A DNA stretch of 63,865 nucleotides, the filler included, from Asterionella formosa (lineage: Eukaryota): NCBI GenBank assembly GCA_002256025.1. It is 16 parts of 16 records of this genome, joined end to end, with 100 filler letters (N's around TTAATTAATTAA, not from the genome) between each part and the next. Parts side by side here need not be neighbours in the genome. Positions count along the whole stretch, not along the records: positions 21,997 to 43,864 come from NKIB01002929.1; positions 43,965 to 45,293 come from NKIB01002960.1; positions 45,394 to 46,722 come from NKIB01002961.1; positions 46,823 to 48,151 come from NKIB01002962.1; positions 48,252 to 49,586 come from NKIB01002963.1; 11 more parts are not named here. One strand, written 5' to 3'. The first letter of the stretch is position 1. Each line of letters starts with the position of its first letter. A model generated the notes under the pieces. That model made no database searches. It worked only from the letters and a program-made list of their open reading frames with translations, and was not told where the DNA came from. Below, piece after piece: positions 36,958-49,686 of the stretch. The position numbers and the translations under genes were made by a program.

Positions 36958-37288
36958 TGGCGTTGTTACAGACTTTGTCTTTCTACAAATAGCCGGTCTC
37001 AATTTATCATGCTTTTGTTTGTACTTTCGCCGACTCAAAAATCGAGATAAAATAAAAGGAGTGAACTTTTTTTTAACCCCGGAGTAGCGGTATTTTACAT
37101 TTCTTTGCATACCGGTACATAGGATTCTTGATGACTGATGGCTCATGAGGGAGGACCAGAATTCGCAGAATGATGTGAGCCATTTTTTCTACTACCGGTA
37201 CAGTAGTCCACTAACTGGTGTACCAGTTAGCCCTGGTGCCGGTATGTTGACAATACCGGCATGTCAAAGTGAGAATCAAATGATCTGT

Positions 37289-37491
37289 GGTTATAAACAT
37301 ATGATCAATAAGTGTGAGATAGACATGGGCCTATCTATGAATGTATGTTCCTATAAATGCCAACAGCATTTGGAGAATAGTTTGTTTGATTAGTATTCAA
37401 ACTGAACAAACCTAACTACAGTAGTTTAATAGAAATGAAAGAGAAACAAACATGTCTCTCTATCTATAGTCTTCTTTGTCTAATGGACAGA
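37289..37491 (+). mobile_element. Fragment of the same Copia LTR family as 54287-54707, opposite orientation
   Basis: Reverse-complement match, for example GTGTGAGATAGACATGGG, CAGCATTTGGAGAATAG and TCTCTATCTATAGTCTTCTTTGTCTAA. Confidence 0.85.
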
Positions 37492-38169
37492 TTTGAAAAT
37501 TTTACAGTAGCTCTAAAATGAATATGAAGAATCCAACAATAATATGACTAGTTGAAGCAAAAGATGTAAAAATAGTTATTTATCAGCCAACTGACAATTG
37601 ATTGATTGTATCAGCAATTTGTGAATTATTCAATATAAGTCAGCACCAACAAATGTGGTGTTTTTTGGAACTTGATATAAAAGCAAAACGCCTAAGTGTA
37701 AAAATAATAATTGAATACATATTAGTGACTTTCAATTTAGCTAATTATGTGGTGAGACCAGGATTAAATGGCCACTGGGCAACAACATTTTGAACATTAT
37801 ACAGTCATGAAGAAGGCTAGTTGAAAAAAAACAACTGTTGCTAACACACATAATAATTGGTTTGAACACACAATTATTTGATAAGCGAAACAAATTTTAT
37901 TTTAGTACATAAAAATTGTGGTTCTTTGACCCAAATAAATTCCGGAAAAAGTGCCATAATATTTTACAAGTAGCAAGAATACTTCACTTTAGACATAAAT
38001 TCGAAAAAGTGTTGTAAAAGGCGTCTTAGATGGTGTTGAGGAGTTTGAGGCAGATGGGAGAAGAATTGGACTGGGGCTTGAGGATGAGCAGGAGGAGGTG
38101 GGTCAGCAAAGGACAACAACAAAACAACTTTACAATCAACAATAGCTAGCTAGGATTATCAATAGGAAT

Positions 38170-40920
38170 GGAATCTGCAGCCAATTTCTTGACATCAGGA
38201 GGAACAACTGCAAAGTCGGAATAATATTTTTCAGGAATTTGATTCTGGCTGGTCCTCATTGTCTTCAAACTTTTCAAAAAACTGCAAGCCTTTTTTAATG
38301 CTGCATTTCCTTTGATGGCAGCTGGTATCTGGCATTGATTTCAGCTGGTGATCCATGCCTGGATTTGTCAAGAATTATTCCTATAGGTATGTAAGGAAAC
38401 ACTGCTAGCTAGAGTTGACAAGGGAAGAAATCGTACTCTTCCTCCTTGCTCCCATGGGCAGTGCAATGAGCAGCATTATCCATATCTGCAGCTGTTGCTA
38501 GGTCAACACATAATCTTCTAGCATAGTAGCCTTTACCAAAATATTATTCCTTTTTGTGTCCTGCCTTGTATGCTAGGAGCCCTAGCTTGCGTTGGTTCTT
38601 GGTGACAAGTATACAAGAAGCCATGCAGAAAAAGATTCACATAAGTTAGTCCATGATAGTACCGTATGCAAAACAAATCACCGGTACATATGCATAATGA
38701 ATCACCGGTGTGTACAAGAGAGTACCACGGTACACAAATAAACTACATACCTTACTAATTTCCTTCTCAAGAGCGCGTCGCGAACGGTTGGTTGCTAGCG
38801 CTACCTGGTACCATCTCGGGCGAAAAGAGGTTATCCCGGTAGTAATGATGTATTAGTTTCACTTTGCATGTAGGGTTGCCGGCATCCTCAATCATTAAAT
38901 TTTTCCCTGTAGACTGTAGACCTTGGTACTTCCGCTAAGTATTTTGCAACATCAGGGCTTTATTTTTTTCGATTCACTTGGATGTAGCACGACAGTTTGT
39001 AATCTGTCCATCAAACCAACTGTCACCTTGGTTATTGAATGTCAAATCGACCCTCTGACACCAAACGCTTTGCCCATTTTCTAAAGCTACCATGGACTTG
39101 AGGCAATCATCATAATTAAGGTAAGATTGCACCCGGAGTGTTCCTAGCTTCCTGTGTGTCTTTGTCGGGATCAAACTGTAACGCCATGGGCTTGTGACCA
39201 TATTCCAATGGACGGTACTTGGCAGCAATTAAAATATGTTTTAAAAGAATGCTTGAATCTCACCCTCGCCATTTTAATCCTTTGAAAGGTAGTATGGTAT
39301 GCCTTGATGAGAAAAGCGTCAGATAAGGTCTTTCAGCTTGGTTTGGGCCAAGTTCGGTTGGTACATTGCCATTGCAATGGCTTCATCAGAAGGACTTTCG
39401 AGGATGAGGGGCGATTTTTTCTTAAAGAATTTGATTGCAAAACAAAGTACTGCAGTGTTGATGATGTCTTTGGTGGCGTGGCGTCTTAATGACAGATTAG
39501 ATAGTGTTGGAAAAATGCGAGCTGACTGCCACAGGACAGGAGTGAAGGGTATAGTAGACACGAGAAAGAACAGTACTACGCTAGAGCCACTACCAAGATG
39601 TACCTGGGCTGACGTGGTAAAAGGCACAACGCAAGCAAAAGCAATCAGAGGTCAGGAAATGATAAAAACGCAATGTGAGTAATAAGATTGTTTCGAGACC
39701 ATCATCTCGAAACAATCCAGTTAACAACTTCTTCGTTGCTATCAATTTCATCAACTGTATTCGATTAACACAGTACTAGGTTCAGGGCCTACGATACGGT
39801 CGATTACTACGGTAGTTGAAACAACAGATAGAATCAACGGATTTGGTTGGTGGCCGTTGTCAGGATCTTTGTCGAAAGAAGCAAGCGAGCTCAAAGTTTC
39901 ATTCTCGACAAGGGTTTCAACAAACCTTGATTCAATGATGGTAAGTGCCTTGGTGTATTTGCGTGTGTTGTGCGACAGGTTTCTAATAGAATTTGTTTTG
40001 TTTTGTTGATCCAAAAACATCATTGCGGGATCGTATAGCTTGGCATAGTCTTTGGCAGTTGAGTGAGACATTGGAATCCGAGAATCAGGGCGATGAGCAT
40101 GAGATCCAGCATGAGGAACAATGATGGAAGAAGTTGAGGAGTGCCTTGAATCGGAATCAGATGTGCTAGTACTGTTGCAATCATCCTCAGAATCACGACA
40201 ATCAACAGAGCTGGAGCTATCAATGTCAGAAGGGGGGGAGGGGGGTTATTTCAACAAAATTGGAAGAGTTCACAACTGTAGATACATTTGGTTTACAAGG
40301 TTCTTTAAAGCTGACAATGACAAGCAAAAAGAAAACAAAGCGACTGTGAGTGATTGCAACATCCATGATGGAATCAAAATGGAAGCACAATGATGCAACA
40401 ATCAACAATAAACGCACCTTTATTCTACTTCTTCGTCGTTTTCATCAATGGCTACTTCTTCGGGAATACTTGCAGCCTTTGCAGCAACCTCATTCTGTTC
40501 AAATAAACTGAAGAATGTAATGGTTTGAATATATTAGGATGAAATCGACAATTCGGTCAGCATGGAAGCACACAACAATATACCCAAGCGTCTTTTTTCT
40601 TGCTAGTGAACACAAGGACAATGCAGCACGGCGGTAATCATCTTGCTCTTTGCGCTTAGCAGTCTTCATGACTAATCTTTGAGAGAAACAGCTTCTAGCT
40701 CCCGTTTCCATTGTGTTATAATCATTATGCTAGAATTATAATAACTTTGAATGAAAAAAGGGCAAATCTATATTTTAGAGCAGCTCAAAAAGCACAATCA
40801 AACTTGCTTCCGAGCCATCATGTGATCTTCACGTAGAAAACATACTAAAAAATTATTTTTGAATAGTAACTAAATATATTATGTCTGAAAATAGCACCAA
40901 AAATAAGACAACAATGGCGC
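38170..40920 (-). mobile_element. Degenerate tyrosine-recombinase (Crypton-like) element, copy C
   Basis: Collinear with 30705-33145, with an extra block at about 39490-39825. It encodes CTAHG..RRKSTISSLVN and the RHG..AEINARYQ region. The probable start is at 40711 (METGARSCFSQ). Confidence 0.7.
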
Positions 40921-41227
40921 TCGTACAGTCCACCTACTCTCGCGCCTCCCCAGGAAGGTCCGGTAGCGCACGTTTTATGCGCCTTTTTAGTTTCGACTCA
41001 CTCCCAATGATTTGTCTCATGCCTGCTGGACAAGATAGGCCAGCTTTCGATAAAAATTACATTTCTTAAGTAATTTATTAAAAAGTTACTCATATTGACT
41101 GATGACGATTTGCAGAATCTGTCTCTGAACACGACTCAGATTTGCTGACTGATGAACGGGTTCAGGAAACCGACTTCTAGGTTTGGAATCCAAAAAGGAA
41201 TCCAAATAGGAATCCTACCATTCTATG

Positions 41228-41340
41228 CTTAGAACTTGCTGATAATCACTAGAATATGCTGATAACGACTAGAATTTGCTGACTATGACTAGAACTTGCT
41301 GACAGCGACTAGAATATGCTGACAACGACTAGAACTTGCG
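41228..41340. repeat. 20-bp minisatellite (ACTAGAAyWTGCTGAcaacg-like), ~5.5 copies
   Basis: A regular 20-bp period is directly visible. Confidence 0.9.
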
Positions 41341-42110
41341 AATAAGAATAGATTTTCTGAATGACCTTAATGCCTACTATGAGTATATACATAGACAAAC
41401 ACAACCACTACCCCCTGATTGCCTTGCCAATAATGCATGTAAGCAGATGTAACGTTATATCTATATACATGGTGAAAGTCATTATCACGCATGATGCAAC
41501 AGCCTAACTGGGTACCACTGTTTTTTTTCTATATTTGCAATATCATACACATCACATGCATATGGCGTCTACTATGGCTACGCACATAGGATATATGCTC
41601 AGAGTGCCCGAGGTAGCCCTTGTAGATGCTAGTATATAATTATTTAGCTTAGATGTTGCGATTTCTTTCTATACAGAAAACGCTACACTTCTTGTGAGCG
41701 GCTGGAGAATGCTGCATCATGCCGTCTCCGCCTTAACCATGATGAAAATAGCGAATTTCTCCACAAAAATGAGAATAATGCTTTGCTATTGGGTACATAT
41801 ATCCAACATGACAAAGATAATACAATCATAAAAAACTAATTGTAATAACACCAATATTAACAACAAAAATTGAAGTCGCCAATGGCGCATTTCTTCAGGT
41901 AGTAGTTTAGACGATGCACAATTCAAAACAACGAATTTACAAACAGATTTGACGCTTTCACAGCACGCAACATGCTACATTATGGTAATCTGTAGTTCAA
42001 ACCAAATTTTTTGATTCTTTATTTAAGTCATGTCGATTAATAGTCCATTGACATTTTCAAAATGACCCTTTTGTCTACTATGTCTGCTGATCCAGCTGGC
42101 AACTACATGC

Positions 42111-42272
42111 GACTAGAAATCTGCTGACAACAACTAGCTAGAAACTGCTGACAGTGCCAAGAATTTGCTGACTACGACTAGAAACTGCTGACTACGACTA
42201 GAAACTACTGACTCTAAATAGAAACTGCTGACTACAAATAGAAATTGCTTACTATGACTAGAAGTTCTTACT
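42111..42272. repeat. 19-20-bp minisatellite of the same family as 41228-41340, ~8 copies
   Basis: Units resemble ACTAGAAACTGCTGACTACG, in the same orientation as the 41.2 kb array. Confidence 0.88.
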
Positions 42273-42911
42273 GATTGGTGAATTCCATTAATAATCCAGT
42301 TGCTGAGGCCGTTGCGTTGGTGGACCAAAACCCAAACCAAACAGTGTTTTGGTTTCGGTAACCCTAAAAAACGATGCTAACGGGAGTGAAAAACCCAACG
42401 CAAACGCATTACGTTTAGGGGATTCCGTGCCCATATCCCAATAAGTTACCCAAACGCATTACGTTTAGGTTTTTTTCCCAAAGTTACCTAAACGTAGGAT
42501 TCCATATTGACTACTTTGAATGCAGTCACTAGAAACCCAATTATTATCATCGTAGAATCAGTAGATATGGGACGCATCATTTACCAGTATATCATACATA
42601 GATAGCTATACGGTACTGTGGTACCAGTACCTGGTACCAGGTACCAGGGGACCACACTGTCAAGAACAACAACAACAAGAACAAATCATCTCGGATTTCA
42701 CCACAATCAATCAAGATGTCATCAAAACCACATTACACCAACATGGCACACATATGTACCGTATCAACGATATTGTGGAACTTGTCCAACCAACTCGCCA
42801 AGATCATCTACTCCAAGGCAAGTGCCCTATGTTCCATGGTTTTACTCCATCTGCCTGGCGTACCAAGGTTTGATATTCAATCGCTACTTTTTATATAGAA
42901 ACTTCCTTTGT

Positions 42912-43665
42912 TTAAACTCCTTCCATTTGCACTTCGTACTTGTAACTGTATCGGGCGTCATCACTTATCAAGAAACCAACTCGATCCACCAGATAATCAA
43001 TTTGCTTGTCATCACAGTCTGCAGGTCCAGTCCAGCCGCTTGCACCTGTCGTCGCTCGCTTCTTGGAATGCAACAGCTCCACGTGATATGACTCAATCCA
43101 GACTTCAAACACATTATCTTCCTCTCTTGCATGAGTTATCACGTGGGTCTCAACGAACACTTGCTTCCCAAACTTTCCTGTCAGCGCTAGAGTAATCTTT
43201 TCTGCGATCTCCAGATCGGAATCGTCACCGGTACAAGCCACAACGACATGGCCACGAAACTGCTCTTCGAACTCCGGATCATGATCGTAGTCATACTTAA
43301 TTTTGTTGCCAAGCATCTCTCTGTACTCCCTTTTGTCTTCTGACAACTCATCGTCTTCTCCAATTCCATTTTCACGATCCATTTCCATATTTCAGCGGCG
43401 AATATCCTCCAATGCATCTTGAATCAATGGTTTGTCTGGATGAAGCGGCATTTCAAATCTATTTGAAAAGACACATCTTCATCTTTGATATCATCGTCGT
43501 CAAAGTCCACCCACGGCTGCTCTTCCGACAGAGAATCCGCGTTCTTTTCTAGGCATGTCGTTGATCATGTAATCAATGGGATCAAAGTTGTTGACAACAA
43601 GACAGCAGCATCGCTCAAATTGCGGGAAAAACTAACTAATTCCCAAATAGGAATTATAATATTTC
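42912..43665 (-). pseudogene. Hypothetical protein gene with premature stops in its 5' part
   Basis: The C-terminal ORF 43388-42912 looks protein-like (GHVVVACTG...GKFGKQVFVET...ISDDARYSY). Upstream it continues as PLHPDKPLIQDALEDIRR*NME, with another TGA and a frameshift. Confidence 0.6.
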
Positions 43666-45393
43666 ATTTATAAAAGTAGTCTAATAGAAATATTTTACTT
43701 TTTTTATAATGGTTTTGTCATCCTACGTCACAGTAGAAGTTGAAACACATAGAGATTCCTGATTCCTGATCAGGTTATGAGTGTCAATATATTTTCGCCT
43801 CTAGTGACCTGATTAGGAACATGTACCACAATCCACTAGATGATTGATTCAAGATTACATGGTTNNNNNNNNNNNNNNNNNNNNNNNNNNNNNNNNNNNN
43901 NNNNNNNNTTAATTAATTAANNNNNNNNNNNNNNNNNNNNNNNNNNNNNNNNNNNNNNNNNNNNCTTCATCGCTCAGCGAATCTTGGTAGCATTCTGGAA
44001 TCCTGTCAATATTTGCTGAAAAATAAAGAAGTCGAAAATCCTTAATTGCGGCGATTTCATAATTTTGGAGATACATTCCGCATATGTCTCTCTATGTAGA
44101 AAACTTCGTAGACTTTGTTCTCCCTCTTATCACAACACGGTGAAGTTAGTACATATGCATAAAGAACAACATACTAAATTCACTATAAATATCACATATG
44201 TGCACACCTCTGGAATTGCATCCTTCTCCTCCGTTTGTTTTGATTGCTTGGTGTCTCGTCTTGCAATATCTCACAAGTTCATTGTAGTTTTTCGATAGCC
44301 ACTTGGAGCAGAGGGAATTGTGCACATTGTCTCTGATGTGACAAAAAGGGGAGAAACCCTCCAACAGTAAGTGACGAGCAGCAGTACGGATATAGTAAGA
44401 ATACCTCTTTGTCCACCAGAATCTCACTCAATTGTCCATTTTCATTCCTCTTCTTTCTTTTGGAAGCAGTGATAATGACGATGATATGAGGAATGGGTTG
44501 ATTTGAAAGAAAACTTGCGCAATAGAAGTCGAAATATCCTTCAAGTTGGACATGGGCAACCAGAAAAGTAACTGATTGGTGACGAAGGTTTCAAGCAACA
44601 CAATAATCATCAGATAGTAAGCAGGGAAAAGGGAAGTAACTAAGTAAGATATTCTATTGACAGATGTAGCGATGAAGGATTGGCAAAATGCGATTCTAAG
44701 ATGATTGTTGAGTGATCAATATTTCAAGGTCAATTGCATGCAAATTACCTAGCTAGCGAACAGACTACAGAGCGATCCATCAGATTGTCAACGTGCCCCA
44801 AAACACATTATAGTCTCTAATATTGAAATCATATAGTTTGCTATCATTAAACCTGTTTATTTGGTCACTGACTAACAAAATCACCTCCATTGTCGATCAA
44901 CTTATTGATTTAGGATTGCTAGTGGTTTTCTTGTTATTTATTGTGCTTGAGGTACCTCAGTGGCCAATTTTTCAAAACAAGCAATGAGTAGGTAACATTA
45001 AGTACTATAGGAGTTTGTTGAATGGTTCTACTAAAATTTTGCTTGGTAGAACTCGAAACAAAAGAAGGTTTACCTATAGGAAAAACAGGCTACAACAACC
45101 CGGATTTTACAGACGTTTGACTATGGCGAAGGTTTGTATGTAGATTAGGTCATTTTGCAGTTTAATATACTAGGTCATTTCAAAGTTACATATAGACATT
45201 TATCAATACACTGCTTGTCCTTTAGTTGACTGTGTGAAAATTTGCATGGCATGAATAGTCATGAATTCAATTCCGCCCCTGACTGATGATTTGNNNNNNN
45301 NNNNNNNNNNNNNNNNNNNNNNNNNNNNNNNNNNNNNTTAATTAATTAANNNNNNNNNNNNNNNNNNNNNNNNNNNNNNNNNNNNNNNNNNNN

Positions 45394-46219
45394 CTGTGCA
45401 GATCATACCATTCATTAGATATTATCATATCATACAGTTTCAAGAATATGTCAAATGGAAGACGAAATTTTTTGTGAAAGAGTCTTGCTTCCCATGTGTT
45501 CATGTCCAATTGTATGATGCACTTTTTGTTTGTTAGGAACTTATTCCACCAACATGACTCTTCCCTTGACACCAGAGGTCGTTTCTTTCTTTTTCACTTA
45601 GCAGATGTTGTTGGATGGCAATTTCTGTTGGACGGCGATTGCTGATTCCCTCTTTCAGATTGAGCTTCCAAATGGAACTGAGAAACCAGCTCATTTCGCA
45701 ACGCAGCTGGCAAGGCTGCTGGTAGTTGCCATGACAACCATTGTTACTTCCATGGCTGTACACACTGTTGATAATGTGCCAGGAAGGTTGACAATAGCAT
45801 GGGCAGAGTCGTCATGTTACAAATTATTATCATTAAGCAAAAATATTAAAAGTAAGAATTATTATATTAATAATATCTACGGTAATAATAATGACATTAA
45901 TGCTACAATAGAAGTATCGAAGTATCGAATACTATATCATCAGTATATGTGATGACGATTATATATTGTTTCTGCCATTCTGATTGGTGGAGACAATCTT
46001 CGTTTGCCCGAAGATTAATCTTCGGGAAACGAAGATTTGTTCAAGAAAATACGAAGATTGGGTCAATATCGGGGATGACCCTCGAAATATTCGCGCAAAA
46101 AAAGATTAATCTTCGTAATCGTGGGGGATTTGCGAGTTATTTAGCCCGTAAGGGACGAAAATACGAAGATTAAACGCGCAACAGGTATCTGGGCGACTGA
46201 ATCTTCGTAAGACGGGGCC
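45394..46219 (-). mobile_element. 5' end of a Harbinger-type transposon with a transposase N-terminal fragment
   Basis: The minus strand begins TTA|GGCCCCGTCTTACGAAG (TAA/TTA target, GGCCCC-type TIR). ACGAAGATT/AATCTTCGT subterminal repeats lie at 45995-46210. The peptide SCWWNKFL...LFHKKFRLPFDIFLKL resembles Harbinger transposase N-termini. Confidence 0.65.
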
Positions 46220-46822
46220 TAAATCCATGCATGGGCTGTTCAACATACACATGTATTGGTCGTACATATTTCCACCCTGCCTGTTCACTATTGAATGACT
46301 TTGCTTACCTGGGGCACGTTGCAATATTTCTCTGCTAATTACCACGGGATAATTCTCCCCATTCTATTATGAAATACCGGTATTACTTTTGAAACCACAA
46401 GTTCAGACTGTATTCTATTATGTCGGTAAAATAAGACAACTATGTCCAGAAAACAGCCTACAAGGGAGGCTTTATCGATGTAAACCAGACAATTAATAAT
46501 AAAGAATGAGCATGAGCATGAGCATGATGAGAACTCATGTCAATTTTATATATCCACCATATAGCGGTCGTACATTCCTACTGATCCGTCTACTCCACCT
46601 TCACTGGCGACGTGCGTGGCTCGTCTTCTTTCTGCTTCCCTTTCCTTGTGTACGGTACTCCTTTGATTCACTCACCGTCTGTATCTTGCAACAAGGCGGT
46701 CTCAATATTTATTAGCAATTACNNNNNNNNNNNNNNNNNNNNNNNNNNNNNNNNNNNNNNNNNNNNTTAATTAATTAANNNNNNNNNNNNNNNNNNNNNN
46801 NNNNNNNNNNNNNNNNNNNNNN

Positions 46823-47235
46823 GAGCGAGGTGGCAACTCAGGCAAGATTCCATTTTCAAGTCTAGGTGTGCCTGCCATTCAGGGCTAGGTTCAAACCTAA
46901 GATGGTCCCTTCTTAGCTGATCTTGGCATGAATTTTTATTTACAAAGCTGGAGAAATGAAAGTTAGAATACAAAGGATCATTCTTTGTTGAAAGTTCTAG
47001 ATTAGGTTCTGGTGCCAACACACCACACCATTGCCAATTGCATCCTCAGGGAAATACATCATTAGAAAAGAGTGTAATAACTAGCAGTACTACAAATTCC
47101 AGTGTTACAAGCCCCAATGTACGAAGCCATGATGACTCAAAATAGTTGATTTGGGCTAAAACGACGATGGGAATTGAAATTTTCCAATGCATTGCAAAAA
47201 ATTTCGTGCACACTAATGCACATCAGAGCGCGCCC
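46823..47235. mobile_element. Terminal part of a PHIS element ending in TIR ATCAGAGCGCGCCC
   Basis: The TIR at 47222-47235 is the exact reverse complement of the TIR at 47239-47252. Confidence 0.65.
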
Positions 47236-47238
47236 ACT

Positions 47239-48151
47239 GGGCGCGCTCTGATAATAAAAAATTATTATATCATGTGTGTATTATAACACAAATTATTCTG
47301 GTGATCTGCTACATAATATCGTCCTTGCGCTCTGATAATAGAGATATTTTAGATTACTTCTCTGACATTATATATATTTTTAACTTTAATTTTCAGCAGT
47401 TAAATTTTCATATCGATGCATCCTCTTGTATGCTATGCCGCCTCTTGTTCATTATATGCATGCGTTCTATATATTCATCATCGTCGGTCACTGACCATGT
47501 CAACTTTCATCTCATCTCCTGATGATGATGATTATGATGACATTATGATCGCATTGCTACTGTTAGCAATGTGCTATCCACCAGTAAATAGGACGCCATC
47601 GTTCTTCAGGGAAAGTTTGACTGTTGATGAGGTCCGAAGAAGAAGTGGCAAAATCCTTCGCCACGCAATACAGCATCCATTATCGAGTCCATTCTGGACT
47701 TTGTTCAACAGCAAGCATGATGATGCTCTGATTACCTTGTGTGGGTTTGACCATGCTTCTTTCGAGCTCCTACACCAGCTGTTCAAACCTTGTTTTTATA
47801 CCTTCACTCCCTGTAGGAAAAATACGGATTTCATTGTTAGAAATTCAACAACAAAGAAAGGTCGGCAAAGATACTTCTGTTCCATCAGTTGTCTAGCTCT
47901 TGGGTTAGCATGGACCAGGACTCGTGGTTCCTATATGATTCTTCAGATTATTTTCGGATTAACTCATGGTTCTTTGAGTGTTTGGTTGAGGTTTTCAAGG
48001 CGAATGATTGTAAAAGTACTGCTGACACATGAAGATGCCGTTGTGAGACTGTCTACTGTAGACGAAGCCACCTTGTTTGCAACCATGATCAATCAGAAAT
48101 ACCCACTTATAACAAATTGTTGGGGAGCAATGGATGGTCTGAAACTGACCC
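47239..48151 (+). mobile_element. PIF/Harbinger (PHIS) transposon 5' half with a DDE_Tnp_4-type transposase (ATG ~47497), truncated by the contig end
   Basis: TIR GGGCGCGCTCTGAT. The ORF contains DDALITLCGFD, WTRTRGS..LQIIFG, WLRF and CWGAMDG (first catalytic Asp). Confidence 0.88.
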
Positions 48152-48251
48152 NNNNNNNNNNNNNNNNNNNNNNNNNNNNNNNNNNNNNNNNNNNNTTAAT
48201 TAATTAANNNNNNNNNNNNNNNNNNNNNNNNNNNNNNNNNNNNNNNNNNNN

Positions 48252-48643
48252 TGAGGTCCGGAATGGAAGTTGTTCTGGTAAGATTACTGCGCTATTTTGA
48301 CGGCTATATGAGCAACGCTTTTTACACTGACTACTCACACTGATCTTCCTCTACATTCAATTGACATTGCAGCAAACCCTTTCAATTCAGGAGCATTCGG
48401 ATGAAATCCAAAAGAACTCTGCAATACAGTTGAATGGTGAGTGTGTTCTTGTTGTGTACCTAAATGCTAGTATGGCTTGTCAGCTCAAGCATTGTTGTCG
48501 ACAACAGGCAGGGACAATGAGGTTCGGAATGAACGTTGTTCTGGAAAGATTACTGCGCTATTTGACGGCTATACGAGCAACGCTACTGATAACTCACACT
48601 GATCTTCCTCTACATTCAATTGACATTGCAGCAAACCCTTTCA
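48252..48643. repeat. Direct repeat of ~130 bp (48252-48383 and 48518-48643)
   Basis: Both copies share AAGATTACTGCGCTATTT...CACACTGATCTTCCTCTACATTCAATTGACATTGCAGCAAACCCTTTCA. Confidence 0.88.
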
Positions 48644-48769
48644 GTGCAGGATCATTCGCATGCCATTCGGAATGAGCAGGCTTTATTTCATTAATGAAAC
48701 TCTTTAATTTAGTTGAATGAACTCCAGAAAATTACGTAAACAAATGTTACATATTAAGTGAACTTTTTT

Positions 48770-49018
48770 CTAGAATTATGTGAACGAAATTACAGAATTA
48801 CGTGAAGTATTTCAAATAATTATGTGAAGTATTTTCAAATAATTATGTGAAGTATTTGAAATAGTTATGTGAAGTATTTTCAATTAATTATGTGAAGTAT
48901 TTCAAATAATTATGTGAAGTATTTCAAATAATTATGTAAAGTATTTCAAAAGTATTTCAAATAATTATGTGAAGTATTTCAAATAATTATGTGAAGTATT
49001 TCAAATAATTATGTGAAG
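48770..49018. repeat. ~22-bp minisatellite TTATGTGAAGTATTTCAAATAA, ~10 copies
   Basis: Direct tandem array with no spacers. Confidence 0.92.
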
Positions 49019-49212
49019 GTGATCACATAATATAGTGATGATCAGGAATGCATGCATGATACTTTGATCAAATATTTAACGTGATGTATTCAGATAATAT
49101 ATAGATATTTTCAACTACGTATTTTGATGTATTCAACTAATTCATGTGATGCATTCAAAATCAACTAGTCTTATTTATGTGATGGTCAGTTCACGTAATA
49201 CACGGCTTTGAT

Positions 49213-49586
49213 GTGGTCCTCAAACATGTCCTTAATACTGCAAAACAAATCAATGATCGCAAAGTTCGCCTCTGCGTGAATGGCAGTTTCCAAATCAAAG
49301 GAGTAGATTACACTGAATCTTTTGCACCAACCATCTTGGCTATGTCTATCAAAGTTTTTCTCGCCTTTGTTATATATCTGCATTATGATTTCTACCATCT
49401 TGATATTAGCAATTCATTTAAAAATACCCCAGCACTTCCCAATGAAGCTGGCAATCGCATTTGGCTCAGAATGTTTCCTGAGTACATCCTATGGTTTTAA
49501 ACTAGATTCCCTACTGAATATGCGTCAATGACTAAAACACTCCCGGATAGTAACAAATATCCATGGAAAACTCTTGGAGTCGAAAT
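49213..49586 (+). mobile_element. Copia reverse-transcriptase fragment
   Basis: KVRLCVNGSFQIKGVDYTESFAPT...HLDISNSF matches the RVT_2 N-terminal motifs. There is a premature stop at 49500. Confidence 0.85.
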
Positions 49587-49686
49587 NNNNNNNNNNNNNN
49601 NNNNNNNNNNNNNNNNNNNNNNNNNNNNNNTTAATTAATTAANNNNNNNNNNNNNNNNNNNNNNNNNNNNNNNNNNNNNNNNNNNN

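Noticed and set aside
43965..44610. Possible spliced gene fragment on the minus strand
   Set aside because: Only short exon-like pieces with a stop are visible, with no recognisable family.
48770..49018. Possible CRISPR array
   Set aside because: The units are directly tandem with no unique spacers, the context is eukaryotic and no cas genes are present. The same applies to 41228-41340 and 42111-42272.
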